NCBI GenBank assembly: GCA_041288045.1
Contig: JBGGMM010000012.1
Coordinates: forward strand, 1-30,388
Length of the DNA stretch: 30,388 bases
Source of the DNA: Pseudobdellovibrionaceae bacterium
Lineage (GTDB): Bacteria > Bdellovibrionota > Bdellovibrionia > Bdellovibrionales > Bdellovibrionaceae
Direction of reading: 5' to 3'
How positions within the stretch are numbered: the first letter of the stretch is position 1; the number at the start of each line of letters is the position of its first letter. The position numbers and the translations under genes were made by a program. The notes beneath the pieces were generated by a model. It was not told where the DNA came from and did not search any database. It was given only the letters and a program-made list of their open reading frames with translations. Shown here one piece after another: positions 1 through 10,287 of this stretch.

Positions 1-228
1 GCCTTCTTCGTCCAAGGCCTTCATGTCAGAATAACCACCAATCAGTTGGCCATCGATCATGATGATTGGCACAGTTCTCCAGCCGGTTTCATTTTTGATC
101 TTCTGAAGAGTCTCAGGCTGATCGGTCAAATCGATGAAATCGTATTTGACACCTTTTTCATCCAAGAGACGTTTGGCGTGAACACAGTAGGGGCAGGGAT
201 TTTTTGAGTATAAAATAACCTTCGCCAT
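1..228 (-). CDS. grxC: Glutaredoxin (Grx3-like), 3' end runs off the window
   Basis: Not in the ORF track. Manual translation from ATG at 228: MAKVILYSKNPCPYCVHAKRLLDEKGVKYDFIDLTDQPETLQKIKNETGWRTVPIIMIDGQLIGGYSDMKALDEEG. Has the CPYC active site, TVP and GGYSD motifs, and an AGGAGA RBS at 235-240. Confidence 0.93.
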   Translation of the reverse strand, partial: MAKVILYSKNPCPYCVHAKRLLDEKGVKYDFIDLTDQPETLQKIKNETGWRTVPIIMIDGQLIGGYSDMKALDEEG

Positions 229-307
229 GCATTATCTCCTTCAATTTCAGTAAAAGGTGAAAAAAATCTCCCACAATCCATGCAAAAAGACAAGACTGAG
301 GAAGCTT

Positions 308-949
308 ATGCAATGCCCCCTTTGCCATTCTCATAGTTTGAAAACGCTGAAACACCAGCAAGTTTCTGGGGAGCAATTCCTTTGTCAAATCTGTGATCTG
401 ATTTTCAAAAGTCCAGACCTGTATTTGAACTGGAGTGAGCAAAAATCCCGCTACGACCACCATCAAAATCAAATGGAAAACCCGGGTTATGTCGATTTTT
501 TCGAGCAGCTCTTAGAGCCCCTCAGGCCTTACCTGCCGCTTCATCAAAAGGCTTTGGATTGGGGAGCGGGCCCCGGTGAAAAGCCTGTGCTGGCGGAACT
601 CCTCAAAAAAGAAGGGCTGAAAGTCGAAACCTACGATCCCATCTATCAACCCGAACCCCCGCAGGGACTTTATGAAGTGATCACTTCGACAGAAGTCTTT
701 GAGCATTTTCAGGGGCCACGAGAATGCATTGAAAAAATTCTTCTGCACCTGACTTCAGGGGGCATTCTGGCCGGGCTCACTCAATTCCACCAAGGGCCTC
801 AGCATTTTGAAAAGTGGTGGTATGTGAAGGATCCAACCCACGTGGTTTTTTATTCTGAAAAGACCTTCAAATGGATCGGACAGCAGTGGGGTCTGGAGGT
901 CTTATTTCTCGACAATCCGGTTTTTATTTTCCGCAAGAGCTGGAACTGA
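308..949 (+). CDS. Class I SAM-dependent methyltransferase with N-terminal Zn-ribbon (Methyltransf_23-like)
   Basis: CPLC...CQIC Zn-ribbon, motif I LDWGAGPG, and the motifs TSTEVFEHF and WWYVKDPTHVVFYS. The ATG at 308 is preferred over the ORF-track start at 257. Confidence 0.85.
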   Translation: MQCPLCHSHSLKTLKHQQVSGEQFLCQICDLIFKSPDLYLNWSEQKSRYDHHQNQMENPGYVDFFEQLLEPLRPYLPLHQKALDWGAGPGEKPVLAELLKKEGLKVETYDPIYQPEPPQGLYEVITSTEVFEHFQGPRECIEKILLHLTSGGILAGLTQFHQGPQHFEKWWYVKDPTHVVFYSEKTFKWIGQQWGLEVLFLDNPVFIFRKSWN

Positions 950-1913
950 CCGAACAAAGGTTCTCCAAGCGCGAGCGAAATTCAGAAGGATTGGTGAAAA
1001 GCTTCAATTCTTCAAAAAGCGGTTTTGCCTCTTCATTCTGTAATGAGAGTGCTTTCAGCCACTGCTTTGTTCGAGCTTGGGCAAAAAAGGGCGACTTGTA
1101 ATCAGAACTCGCCTCGAAAAATTTTGGCAGGATCTCGAGAGTTTGAGGCCATGCCGGCGAATGCGAGCGCCGTTCTGCCTGGTGAATGGATTCTTTGATT
1201 TGCCGGAATAAAAAGGGTTGGGCCACAGCTCCTCGGCCAATCATGATCTGATGGCAGCGAGTGGTTTCAAAGCAGCGCCAGAAGTCACCGACTGTCCAAA
1301 TCTCGCCATTGGCAACAATCGGAATTTGAACTCTCTCTTTGATTTGCGGGATCCACTCCCAATAAGCCGGAGGTCGGTAGCCATCGGTTTTCGTTCGGCA
1401 GTGAATGGTCAGCCAGGTCGCCCCGCCAGCTTGCACCGCCAGTGCATTTTCAAAGCAAGCCGAAGGATCCTCAAATCCCAAACGCATTTTCGCAGTGACT
1501 GGAACACCAACCGGCACCGCTCGGCGAACAGCTTCGACGATTTTGTGAATCCGTTCGGGAGTTTTCAATAGACTGGCACCGCCATCATGCCGATTCACGG
1601 TCTTTGCTGGGCAGCCGAAATTGAGATCAATTCCCGGAGCCCCAAGGCTTGCGGCCTGGGCCGCGTTTTCTGCCAGTGGCCCAGGTTGGCCGCCGAGAAA
1701 TTGCATGAACATCGGGGTTCCGCTTCGGGTTTTCCAGCCCATTTTCATTTCAGGAGCGTATCTCTCGAGCACCGAAGGGGAATGAAGAGTATTGGTGACA
1801 CGAATAAATTCAGTCACGCAGTGATCAATGCCACCGATTTCTGTGAGCAGATCGCGAAGCACAAAATCGACCACGCCCTCCATAGGGGCAAGGTGCAATT
1901 GAAAGGACATCAT
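924..1913 (-). CDS. dusC: tRNA-dihydrouridine synthase (DusC-like)
   Basis: Motifs LAPMEGV, IDLNFGCP, GGASLL, TAKMRLG, IHCRTKTDGYRPPAYW, IVANGEI, MIGRGA. Confidence 0.9.
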   Translation of the reverse strand: MMSFQLHLAPMEGVVDFVLRDLLTEIGGIDHCVTEFIRVTNTLHSPSVLERYAPEMKMGWKTRSGTPMFMQFLGGQPGPLAENAAQAASLGAPGIDLNFGCPAKTVNRHDGGASLLKTPERIHKIVEAVRRAVPVGVPVTAKMRLGFEDPSACFENALAVQAGGATWLTIHCRTKTDGYRPPAYWEWIPQIKERVQIPIVANGEIWTVGDFWRCFETTRCHQIMIGRGAVAQPFLFRQIKESIHQAERRSHSPAWPQTLEILPKFFEASSDYKSPFFAQARTKQWLKALSLQNEEAKPLFEELKLFTNPSEFRSRLENLCSVSSSSCGK

Positions 1914-2369
1914 TCACCCGAGTTTGCAAACGGTTTGAAATTCAGAAGCTGTCACAGGTTGAATGGAAAGTCTTTGCCCTTTTTTTAAAACCAACATCGA
2001 GGCTAATTTTTTGTCGGAGCGCAACTGACCCAGTGAAATGATTTCAGGAAATTTCGAAATGAATTTCACTTCGACACAAAACCAGATGGGCTTTTCTTTG
2101 GTGGCTTTGGGGTCATAAGAGTCACTTTTTTTATCAAACTGACTGGGATCGGGAATTGCTGCCTTTGAAATTTGCGCAAGACCCGCCACGCCCGGAGGTT
2201 CAGCGCTGGAATGGTAAAAAAGCACCTGATCGCCCACCTTCATCATTTGTGTCATAAAGTTGCGGGCTTGATAATTGCGAACTCCAGTCCACAAAGTCGT
2301 TCCGTCTTTTTTCAAATCATCGATGGAATAAGTGCCGGGCTCGGATTTCATCAGCCAAAAAGAACTCAT
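1914..2369 (-). CDS. EVE domain protein (PUA-like, modified nucleic acid reader)
   Basis: Motifs WLMKSEP, WTGVRNYQARNFM, GDQVLFYHS, RLSIQPV. The ATG at 2369 directly follows the proS stop codon. Confidence 0.93.
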   Translation of the reverse strand: MSSFWLMKSEPGTYSIDDLKKDGTTLWTGVRNYQARNFMTQMMKVGDQVLFYHSSAEPPGVAGLAQISKAAIPDPSQFDKKSDSYDPKATKEKPIWFCVEVKFISKFPEIISLGQLRSDKKLASMLVLKKGQRLSIQPVTASEFQTVCKLG

Positions 2370-2370
2370 T

Positions 2371-3873
2371 TTAATAAGCCTTCGCAAAAATCACTCGGCG
2401 CTCGCTGGGTTTGCCAGTGAAAATGCAAGTGCCGGATTCTTTCTCGGCATTCAATGGAATGCAACGGGGAGTGACTTTGAGCTTGGCCAAAATCTCATGG
2501 CCCATGGCTGCTTCATTCCAATGAACAAAAGCAAAGCCACCGGCCTGTGATTCTTCGCTGCCACCAAAAAATTCTTCAAATTCTTTGAGCGAATTGATTT
2601 TCTTCATGTTCTCCGTGCGGCGAGCAAGAGCGCGATCGTAAATCGTCTGCTGGATCTCATTGAGCATCCCAGTGATGGAATTGACAAATTCCGCTCTTGG
2701 CATGCTGGTTTTTTCCTTCACCCCTTTGTCACGACGACCAACAAAGACTTCGTTTTTAGCCAGATCCCGCGGTCCCACTTCGACTCGGACGGGGACTCCT
2801 TGCTTGATGTACTGCCAAGCTTTTTCTCCGCCACGCAAATCCCGAGTATCAACCCGCACCTGCACTCGGCCTTCAAAGAAATGTTGAGCTTTCAGTTCAA
2901 TTGCCAGAGATTCGACATATCCCAGCACTTGGGATTTTTCTTCTTCCGTGCGGTAAATCGGTAGAATCACCACATGCAAAGGCGCCAGTCGCGGTGGCAA
3001 AACCAAACCGTCATCGTCGCTATGACTCATGATCAATCCACCGATCAGACGAGTGGACACTCCCCAAGAAGTAGTCCAAGCGATTTCCTCTTTGCCCTCA
3101 GCGCTTAAAAATTTAATTCCTGATGCTTTGGCGAAATTCTGTCCCAGAAAATGCGAAGTCCCAGCTTGCAGAGCTTTTTTATCCTGCATCATCGCTTCAA
3201 TGGTGTAAGTGTCCACAGCTCCCGGAAATCTTTCATCCGCCGTTTTCATCCCTTTGATCACTGGCATGGCCATGACGTTTTCAGCAAAATCCGCATAGAC
3301 ATCGAGCATTTTCAAAGTTTCTTCTTGGGCTTCTTTGTTCGTGGCGTGAACCGTGTGTCCCTCTTGCCAGAGAAATTCAGCAGTCCGCAAGAAAAGCCGA
3401 GTGCGAAGCTCCCAGCGCATGACATTGCACCATTGATTCATCAAGACTGGCAGATCTCTGTAAGACTTCACCCACTTGGCGTACATGTGGCCAATGATGG
3501 TTTCACTGGTGGGGCGAATGATCAGCGGTTCCTCCAGTTTTCCATCTGGAATCAAATGTCCATCAGGTCCCGCTTTCAAACGGTGATGAGTGACCACAGC
3601 GCACTCTTTGGCAAATCCTTCGACATGCTCAGCTTCTTGTTCGAGAAAGCTCAATGGAATCAAAAGTGGAAAGTAAGCGTTCACATGGCCCGTGTCTTTG
3701 AATTTCTGATCCAAAACTTTTTGCATGTTTTCCCAGATGGCATAGCCCCAGGGCTTGATCACCATGCAACCGCGAACAGGAGAGTTCTCGGCCATGTCGG
3801 CGGCCTTGATGACCTCTTGGTACCATTCGGGATAATTTTCAGACCGTGTGGGAGTGATCGCTGTTTGTGCCAT
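2371..3873 (-). CDS. proS: Proline--tRNA ligase, archaeal/eukaryote-like type (no INS editing domain)
   Basis: Motifs [53 protein letters not shown], and a C-terminal FAKAY. Confidence 0.97.
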   Translation of the reverse strand: MAQTAITPTRSENYPEWYQEVIKAADMAENSPVRGCMVIKPWGYAIWENMQKVLDQKFKDTGHVNAYFPLLIPLSFLEQEAEHVEGFAKECAVVTHHRLKAGPDGHLIPDGKLEEPLIIRPTSETIIGHMYAKWVKSYRDLPVLMNQWCNVMRWELRTRLFLRTAEFLWQEGHTVHATNKEAQEETLKMLDVYADFAENVMAMPVIKGMKTADERFPGAVDTYTIEAMMQDKKALQAGTSHFLGQNFAKASGIKFLSAEGKEEIAWTTSWGVSTRLIGGLIMSHSDDDGLVLPPRLAPLHVVILPIYRTEEEKSQVLGYVESLAIELKAQHFFEGRVQVRVDTRDLRGGEKAWQYIKQGVPVRVEVGPRDLAKNEVFVGRRDKGVKEKTSMPRAEFVNSITGMLNEIQQTIYDRALARRTENMKKINSLKEFEEFFGGSEESQAGGFAFVHWNEAAMGHEILAKLKVTPRCIPLNAEKESGTCIFTGKPSERRVIFAKAY

Positions 3874-4061
3874 CGAAAATGCCTTTCCTTAAAAGAAAGA
3901 AAAATTGAACTTAACAAAGGCCTTCTCTCAATTCCATCGGTTGACCAAGGTTAAACGGCGCGACATCAGGCTAGACTCCTGCTTCATTCAAGGAAAGCTC
4001 TTGCTCAGCTTTGGAAAACCAGTTGAAATATTGTCTGCGGGGATGACCTATCAAAAGACTA

Positions 4062-5876
4062 ATGATTTCGAAAACTTATATCATTGCTCTTTGCTTTTTG
4101 ACGGCCTTCATTGCCTACTTCAATGCCATCCATATGGATTTCATTGGCGATGATATCGGACGCATTCTCAATAATCGGACTTTGTTCAAGAGCGGTTGGC
4201 TGACGAGCATTCAAAGCATTTTGCCTGATCGCCCCCTGTTAACGACGTCTTTGTGGATGAATTATCAATTTTCTGAATTCAAAGTGGAATCTTACAAATG
4301 GGTGAGTTTATTTTTCCATGCACTGAACGGCTTTCTGATTTATCTCTTGTTGCAAAAGCTTTCACCCGCGCTTCGTGGTCGATGGTTTTTTGCGATCCTT
4401 CCAGCGCTTCTCTTTATTGCCCATCCGCTCAACAATCAGGCCGTGAATTCAATCAGTCAAAGGGGAGTCCTGCTCTCGGCCTTTTTCACTTTACTGGCTC
4501 TGTGGGTTTCTATTTCTGCTTCTGAAACCCAAGCAAATAAAAAAAGCACTGGGATCGCCCTGGTGCTCACGAGCTTTGGAGTCCTGTCAAAGACAAATGC
4601 CTTGATCACTCCGTTTCTCATTCTCTTCTATGATCGCTGGGTGAAGCAGGCCTCGATGAAAGAAGCATTCAAGAAAAGAGCGCCGCTTTTTCTCATTCTT
4701 TTGATTCCAGTATTTTTTTATTTCATTCTCAAAGTGAATTCCCAAAGTGGGGCCATTCCTTGGTGGAATTATTTTCTGGTTCAAACCCGAGTGATCTTTT
4801 TGTACTTCAAACTGATGCTGGTGCCGGTGAATCTCAAATTTTCCTATCTTCTCGATTCCAGTCCTGATCTTTTTGCCAATGCAACTTGGCTGGCGATTTT
4901 GGGCCACTTCATTCTGATTGTCGGCATCATATTCATTCATCGTCGTTATGACCGGGTGGTCGCTTATTGTTTGGCCTGTGTGTATTTAACCCTGTTGCCT
5001 GAATCGAGTTTTTTTTCGATTCGCCATTTGGCCTTTGAGCACAGGGCCTATGTTCCTTTGGCCTTCTTGGTTCTCGCCGTGGGAGTCCTATTCGGCCGAT
5101 TCCTGGAGCGCCATAAATCGAAAGCTCTTCAGTCAGCTCTTGGGATTGCGGGCCTGGGGGCTCTGGCTGGAGCTCTTTTTTTGAACATCAATTACAATTC
5201 AAAAATTTCCAATTATGAAAATTGGGTTTTTTATAATCTTCAGCAGACACCCAAAGATCGGGCTTTTCTTCATTTTAATTTGGCAGAGTTCTTGGATCGC
5301 AAGTCATCACGGGGACCTGAACTGGCAGAGCTGGCTCTGAAGCTGGAGCCAGAAAACAAAGTATACTCTCTGTATGCAAAGATATTTGACTACAAAAATG
5401 CAAATGCACAAGAGCAGCAGGTGATTCTTCAGCAAATTTTTGATCATTTGACGAGCGCTGAAGCCAATACGGACCGAGATTCAAGGTTGAAACTCAACTC
5501 TTTCTACGGTCGAAATATTCAAAATTTCCTCAATGGGGTCGAATACTGGGAAAAAATCGATGATTTGATTTTTGCTCAACTGCCAAAAATGAGACTGGAA
5601 GGGGATTATTTTTACGAGATTTTTTTGATTTTTCAAAGAAACACCTTTCGTCTGGCCGATGCCTATTTTCAAAATCCGCCCAAAGAGTCTTTTCGGTTTT
5701 TACGAGTTCTGCTGGAAATGAAATATGATTTTGATATTCAAGATGCGCGAATCGAAGAAAAGTTAAGCAATTTTCGCCAGCCATCAGAGCAGAGCACTCA
5801 GGTTCAAGACCTTTTCCAATGTTACGAAAAGCAAGGCACAAGTCCCTTGCCGCTTGTCAAAGAGACGATCAATTGA
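4062..5876 (+). CDS. Polytopic GT-C fold glycosyltransferase, TMTC/protein O-mannosyltransferase-like, with soluble helical C-terminal region
   Basis: Many hydrophobic segments. Acidic DD motif in the first loop (FIGDDIGRILNN), then RPLLTTSLWMNY, FHALNGFL, LLFIAHPLNNQAVNSISQR, YFKLMLVPVNL and EHRAYVP, matching bacterial TMTC-like proteins. Confidence 0.72.
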   Translation: MISKTYIIALCFLTAFIAYFNAIHMDFIGDDIGRILNNRTLFKSGWLTSIQSILPDRPLLTTSLWMNYQFSEFKVESYKWVSLFFHALNGFLIYLLLQKLSPALRGRWFFAILPALLFIAHPLNNQAVNSISQRGVLLSAFFTLLALWVSISASETQANKKSTGIALVLTSFGVLSKTNALITPFLILFYDRWVKQASMKEAFKKRAPLFLILLIPVFFYFILKVNSQSGAIPWWNYFLVQTRVIFLYFKLMLVPVNLKFSYLLDSSPDLFANATWLAILGHFILIVGIIFIHRRYDRVVAYCLACVYLTLLPESSFFSIRHLAFEHRAYVPLAFLVLAVGVLFGRFLERHKSKALQSALGIAGLGALAGALFLNINYNSKISNYENWVFYNLQQTPKDRAFLHFNLAEFLDRKSSRGPELAELALKLEPENKVYSLYAKIFDYKNANAQEQQVILQQIFDHLTSAEANTDRDSRLKLNSFYGRNIQNFLNGVEYWEKIDDLIFAQLPKMRLEGDYFYEIFLIFQRNTFRLADAYFQNPPKESFRFLRVLLEMKYDFDIQDARIEEKLSNFRQPSEQSTQVQDLFQCYEKQGTSPLPLVKETIN

Positions 5877-6910
5877 TGCTGATTTTAATCCCTGCCTACA
5901 ATCCAAATGACCAATTGATCAAGCTCACTCAAGAGCTTGTGAGAGCGCTTCCGCAAGCGGAAGTCATTGTCGTCAACGACGGAAGCTCAGATGGATCGGC
6001 AGATATTTTTTCTCAATTGCGAAAATTCGAGCAAGTGGAAGTCTTGCAGCACGCTTTGAATTTTGGCAAAGGCCGCGCGATTAAAACGGCGATCAACCAC
6101 GGACTTCTTAAATATCCGGACTGCGATCGAATGATCACAGTCGATGCCGATGGCCAGCACCAAATTGCCGATCTTCTGAAAATGGTGGAATCGCCATTGC
6201 GGGCAGATGAAATTCTTTTGGGAGTTCGTCACTTGCCGTCTGCAAAAACCCCCCTGAGAAGCCTGTTTGGCAACCGCAGCATGAGTTTGCTTTTCTTTGT
6301 CTTAACTGGAATCAATCTCAAAGACACTCAGACAGGCTTGAGAGCTTTTTCACCGAAACTGGCGAAAGACTTTTTGATTCTCTCGGCGGATCGATATGAG
6401 TTCGAAATGGACATGTTGATTTGGTGTCGAAAGAACAAGATTCGGTTTCGACAGGTGCCGATTGAGACTGTGTACATTGATGACAATCAATCTTCTCATT
6501 TCAATCCCATTTTGGATTCATTAAAGATCTCATTCACAATGCTGCGTTTTGCATTTTCATCATTATTAACATCCATGCTGGATATGGCCGTTTTTACTCT
6601 TTTGTTTTCGCTCTCAGGGCAGTTGCTGATGAGTCTTCTGGGCGGGAGAGCTTTAGCCGCCATTTTCAATTTTTCATTCAATCGCAAAGCAGTGTTTAAA
6701 AAAGCCGGCCGCGGGTGGGCTTCATTTTTTGAATACTTGATTCTGCTCGGACTGATGACCTCTGCAGCTTATTACATGATTCAGTCTCTGGTTGAATGGA
6801 CGGGTTGGCCCGTTCTTGCTGCCAAAGTGATTTCAGAGACGACCATTTTCATTCTCAATTTTTCTGTTCAACGAGTTTTCATTTTTCGCGGACCTGATCA
6901 TGAAGCCTGA
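5876..6910 (+). CDS. Bifunctional GT2 (polyprenol-phosphate glycosyltransferase, DPM1-like) / GtrA flippase-like protein
   Basis: LIPAYNP, VVNDGS, NFGKGRAIK, DADGQH, DTQTGLRAF and RYEFEMDML, followed by a 4-TM GtrA region (FNFSFNRKAVF, NFSVQRVFIF). The ATG overlaps the upstream TGA. Confidence 0.9.
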   Translation: MLILIPAYNPNDQLIKLTQELVRALPQAEVIVVNDGSSDGSADIFSQLRKFEQVEVLQHALNFGKGRAIKTAINHGLLKYPDCDRMITVDADGQHQIADLLKMVESPLRADEILLGVRHLPSAKTPLRSLFGNRSMSLLFFVLTGINLKDTQTGLRAFSPKLAKDFLILSADRYEFEMDMLIWCRKNKIRFRQVPIETVYIDDNQSSHFNPILDSLKISFTMLRFAFSSLLTSMLDMAVFTLLFSLSGQLLMSLLGGRALAAIFNFSFNRKAVFKKAGRGWASFFEYLILLGLMTSAAYYMIQSLVEWTGWPVLAAKVISETTIFILNFSVQRVFIFRGPDHEA

Positions 6911-7553
6911 AAATTTGAAAACCAATTGGGATCAGTATTACCAATCCGGCGGATTTCCGCTGGCCCGCCTGACCAGAGCCTATCTGGTTCGAAAGCTGGA
7001 TGGCATTCTCTCACAACATCTGGAGCCGCAATCAGGACCGCGGATTGTTGAATTTGGCGGTGGGAATACGATTCTGATGGAGCTTTTTAAAAAAAGAAAT
7101 CCTCGGGATTTTCTCAACCTGGACAGCAACGAGCTTGGGCTGCGTCTGTTCAAGAAGCGAAACGCCGAATTTTCCTGGGCTCGCACTTGCCATTCGGATC
7201 TTTTGCAATATCGACCGGAGGCCTCAGCGGATCTCGTGGTGAGCATTGGTTTGATTGAGCATTTTTCTTCGGAGCAATTGGAAACAGTGATACAAAAACA
7301 CTTTTTAGCTGTGCGTCCGGGGGGCTTGGTGGTGATCACTTTTCCAACTCCCACCTGGCTTTATCGAATCACAAGAGGACTCAGTGAGGCTTTAGGTGCT
7401 TGGAAATTCCCGGATGAGACCCCACTGCCAATAGCAAAAGTGGTTGAGCTGGTGAAAGGCAAAGGCCAGGTGCTTTCGACGCAAATTCTTTGGCCGCAGA
7501 TATTGACTCAAGCTTTGATCGTGGTGCGAGCCGCGCCTTTGAAGCAGGACTAA
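6900..7553 (+). CDS. Class I SAM-dependent methyltransferase
   Basis: Motif I VEFGGGN, DLVVSIGLIEHF, VRPGGLVVITFP. Overlaps the upstream gene by 11 nt. Confidence 0.85.
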   Translation: MKPENLKTNWDQYYQSGGFPLARLTRAYLVRKLDGILSQHLEPQSGPRIVEFGGGNTILMELFKKRNPRDFLNLDSNELGLRLFKKRNAEFSWARTCHSDLLQYRPEASADLVVSIGLIEHFSSEQLETVIQKHFLAVRPGGLVVITFPTPTWLYRITRGLSEALGAWKFPDETPLPIAKVVELVKGKGQVLSTQILWPQILTQALIVVRAAPLKQD

Positions 7554-7556
7554 ACC

Positions 7557-7991
7557 TTAATCAATCAAAGCTGCAACAGCATCGTGAATCTCTTTGGAGT
7601 ACTCAAAAAGCGCATGGATTTTCCCAGTTGGAATCCAGACGGGCCCCTTGTTGTAATCCTGATCCGAGACCGGCAGGGGAACATGAAAGACCTCATCCAA
7701 ATGACCGCGGTAAAAATGAGTGATGCAGTCATAGTTTTTGCCATTCCAGAAAAAAGGATAGGCTTTGGTGAGGCGGGAGTCTTTCTCGAGACGGACCCGG
7801 TAGCCGGTTTCTTCAAGAGTTTCCCGCTCCCCACATTTGATTTCTGTTTCCTCTGGCTCGATTTCCCCGCCAGGAAGGAAATAAAATCGCTTTCCAGATT
7901 TGGGATCAATGCCGACAAAGCAAAGGATTTTTCCTTCAAAAACAACAACAACAGAAACCCTTTCTCTTTTAGTCGCCACAGATGACTCCAT
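7557..7991 (-). CDS. NUDIX hydrolase
   Basis: Nudix box PGGEIEPEETEIKCGERETLEETGY. Confidence 0.9.
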   Translation of the reverse strand: MESSVATKRERVSVVVVFEGKILCFVGIDPKSGKRFYFLPGGEIEPEETEIKCGERETLEETGYRVRLEKDSRLTKAYPFFWNGKNYDCITHFYRGHLDEVFHVPLPVSDQDYNKGPVWIPTGKIHALFEYSKEIHDAVAALID

Positions 7992-8102
7992 TTCTCTGCA
8001 ATCAGCAGCCTTCGGCGCCGGGTCGAATTTCCTTGATTGAGTTTTTTGATTTTAAAAATGAAAATACCGTCCGGTCATCGACTTTTTTCACAGGAGACAC
8101 AA

Positions 8103-8858
8103 ATGGCAAATTGGGTGTTGATTACCGGGGCTTCCGCCGGAATTGGCGAAGCCACAGCCTGGAAATTGGCAGAGGCAGGGCACTCTTTATTTTTGTTGGC
8201 CAGACGCTCGGATCGATTACAAAAGCTCAAGCAAGCGATTGAAAAAAAGCATTCAGTTGCCGTGCGCATTTCAACTCTGGATGTCAGAGATGAAATGCAG
8301 ATCCAGACTTTCGTCAAAGAGAATGAATGTGAGCTTAAAAATCTGGAAACCCTCATCAACAATGCCGGCCTGGCCCGAGGCTCGGACCCATTTCAAACTT
8401 CGAAATTGGATGATTGGGATCAAATGATCGATACCAATATCAAAGGACTTTTGTATTTGACCCGCGCCCTTTTGCCTTTTTTGTTGGCAAATCAAAAGGG
8501 ACACATTGTGAATCTGGGTTCTGTCGCAGGGCGATGGGTTTATCCCGGAGGCGCTGTTTACTGTGCCACCAAGCATGCGGTCCGAGCCATTTCTGAAGCT
8601 CTCCGCTTGGACCTTCTGGGCAAGAACATTCGGGTCAGCAATATCGAACCCGGAATGGTTCAAACCGAATTCAGTTTGGTGAGATTTGAATCTCAGGACA
8701 AAGCCGATCAAGTTTATGCAGGGATGAAGCCTTTGACAGCTGACGACATTGCAGAGACCATAGCCTGGGTTTTAAACAGGCCCAAACATGTCAACATTCA
8801 AGAGCTTGTGATTTATCCAACCGATCAAGCTTCTGTCCGAGACGTCTGGAGAAAATGA
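8103..8858 (+). CDS. NADP-dependent SDR oxidoreductase (YdfG-like 3-hydroxy acid dehydrogenase)
   Basis: [21 protein letters not shown] (YxxxK), [26 protein letters not shown] before the ATG at 8103. Confidence 0.9.
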   Translation: MANWVLITGASAGIGEATAWKLAEAGHSLFLLARRSDRLQKLKQAIEKKHSVAVRISTLDVRDEMQIQTFVKENECELKNLETLINNAGLARGSDPFQTSKLDDWDQMIDTNIKGLLYLTRALLPFLLANQKGHIVNLGSVAGRWVYPGGAVYCATKHAVRAISEALRLDLLGKNIRVSNIEPGMVQTEFSLVRFESQDKADQVYAGMKPLTADDIAETIAWVLNRPKHVNIQELVIYPTDQASVRDVWRK

Positions 8859-10270
8859 TGGATCAAAGTCAATTCCGAATCGAAAAAGACACCATGGGTG
8901 ATGTGCAAGTTCCAGCTGAAGCCTATTGGGGAGCTCAAACTCAAAGATCCACGCAGAATTTTAAAATCGGCGGCGATCGCTTTCCTCGTGAAATGATCAA
9001 AGCTCTTGGAATTTTGAAAAAATCAGCGGCGCTGACCAATAATAAATTGGGAATTCTCGATGGCAAAAAAACTGAATTCATTGTCAAAGCTTGTGATGAA
9101 GTGATTGCTGGAAAATTGGATGCGCATTTTCCTTTGGTGGTTTGGCAGACGGGGTCGGGCACTCAGACCAATATGAACGCCAACGAAGTCATCGCCAATC
9201 GAGCCATGACTTTGATGGGTCTGAAGCTACCCAGTAAAGACATTCACCCCAACGATGATGTGAACAAAGGGCAAAGCTCGAATGACACTTTCCCAACAGC
9301 CATGCACATTGCTGTCGGTGATCAAGTTCATCATCGTTTGCTTCCCATGGTGGAAAAACTGCACAAAGCATTGATGCAAAAACAAAATGAATTTAAAGAC
9401 ATTGTCAAAATCGGTCGCACGCATTTGATGGATGCGACTCCATTGACACTGGGACAAGAGTTCTCAGGCTATGCCACGCAAATGAGACATGGCTGGCAGA
9501 GAATCCGCAACACTCTTCCGCATTTGCATGAGCTGGCAATTGGCGGCACCGCGGTTGGAACAGGACTCAACACTCATCCCCAGTTCCCTGTGGAAGTGGC
9601 TGCTGAAATTGCTAGGGAAACAAAAATTCAATTTATCTCGGCAGAAAATAAATTTGAAGCTCTGGCCACTCATGATGCTTTGGTGGAAGTGAGCGGCGCT
9701 TTGAAATCACTGGCCGTCTCATTGATGAAAATCGCCAATGACATTCGCCTTCTGGGCAGCGGTCCTCGCTGCGGGATTGGTGAATTGAATTTGCCAGAGA
9801 ATGAGCCGGGCTCTTCGATCATGCCCGGGAAAGTCAATCCCACTCAATCTGAGGCTATGACCATGGTCTGCGCTCAAGTGATTGGCAACGACGTGGCCGT
9901 TTCCATGGGCGGGGCCACGGGACACTTTGAATTGAATGTTTTCAAACCGCTGATTGTGTTTAATGTTTTGAATTCGATTCGTTTGCTAGCTGATGCCTGC
10001 GAAAGCTTCACCGATCATTGTGTCTCCGGAATCACAGCCAACACACAGCAGATCAAGCGGCATTTAGAAAATTCTTTGATGCTGGTCACAGCTCTGAATC
10101 CGCATATTGGCTATGATAAAGCTGCGCAAATTGCCAAGACAGCTCACAAAAACGGCACAACTTTGAAAGAAGAAGCTGTGAAGCTCGGGCATTTGACTGC
10201 TGAGCAGTTTGACAAATTCGTTCGACCAGAAACAATGATCAGCCCCTTGGCTGATGCAAAAAGCAAATAG
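8855..10270 (+). CDS. fumC: Class II fumarate hydratase
   Basis: [33 protein letters not shown], and the signature [13 protein letters not shown]. Confidence 0.98.
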   Translation: MMDQSQFRIEKDTMGDVQVPAEAYWGAQTQRSTQNFKIGGDRFPREMIKALGILKKSAALTNNKLGILDGKKTEFIVKACDEVIAGKLDAHFPLVVWQTGSGTQTNMNANEVIANRAMTLMGLKLPSKDIHPNDDVNKGQSSNDTFPTAMHIAVGDQVHHRLLPMVEKLHKALMQKQNEFKDIVKIGRTHLMDATPLTLGQEFSGYATQMRHGWQRIRNTLPHLHELAIGGTAVGTGLNTHPQFPVEVAAEIARETKIQFISAENKFEALATHDALVEVSGALKSLAVSLMKIANDIRLLGSGPRCGIGELNLPENEPGSSIMPGKVNPTQSEAMTMVCAQVIGNDVAVSMGGATGHFELNVFKPLIVFNVLNSIRLLADACESFTDHCVSGITANTQQIKRHLENSLMLVTALNPHIGYDKAAQIAKTAHKNGTTLKEEAVKLGHLTAEQFDKFVRPETMISPLADAKSK

Positions 10271-10287
10271 ACGGGAAGCGTGATCAT

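Noticed and set aside
158..472. 104-aa minus-strand ORF
   Set aside because: Overlaps grxC in another frame and the methyltransferase on the opposite strand; both are better supported.
3151..3954. 267-aa plus-strand ORF
   Set aside because: Antisense shadow of proS with no recognisable motifs.
3874..4061. T-box or other leader RNA upstream of proS
   Set aside because: No T-box consensus or terminator/antiterminator structure is seen; it looks like a plain divergent promoter region.
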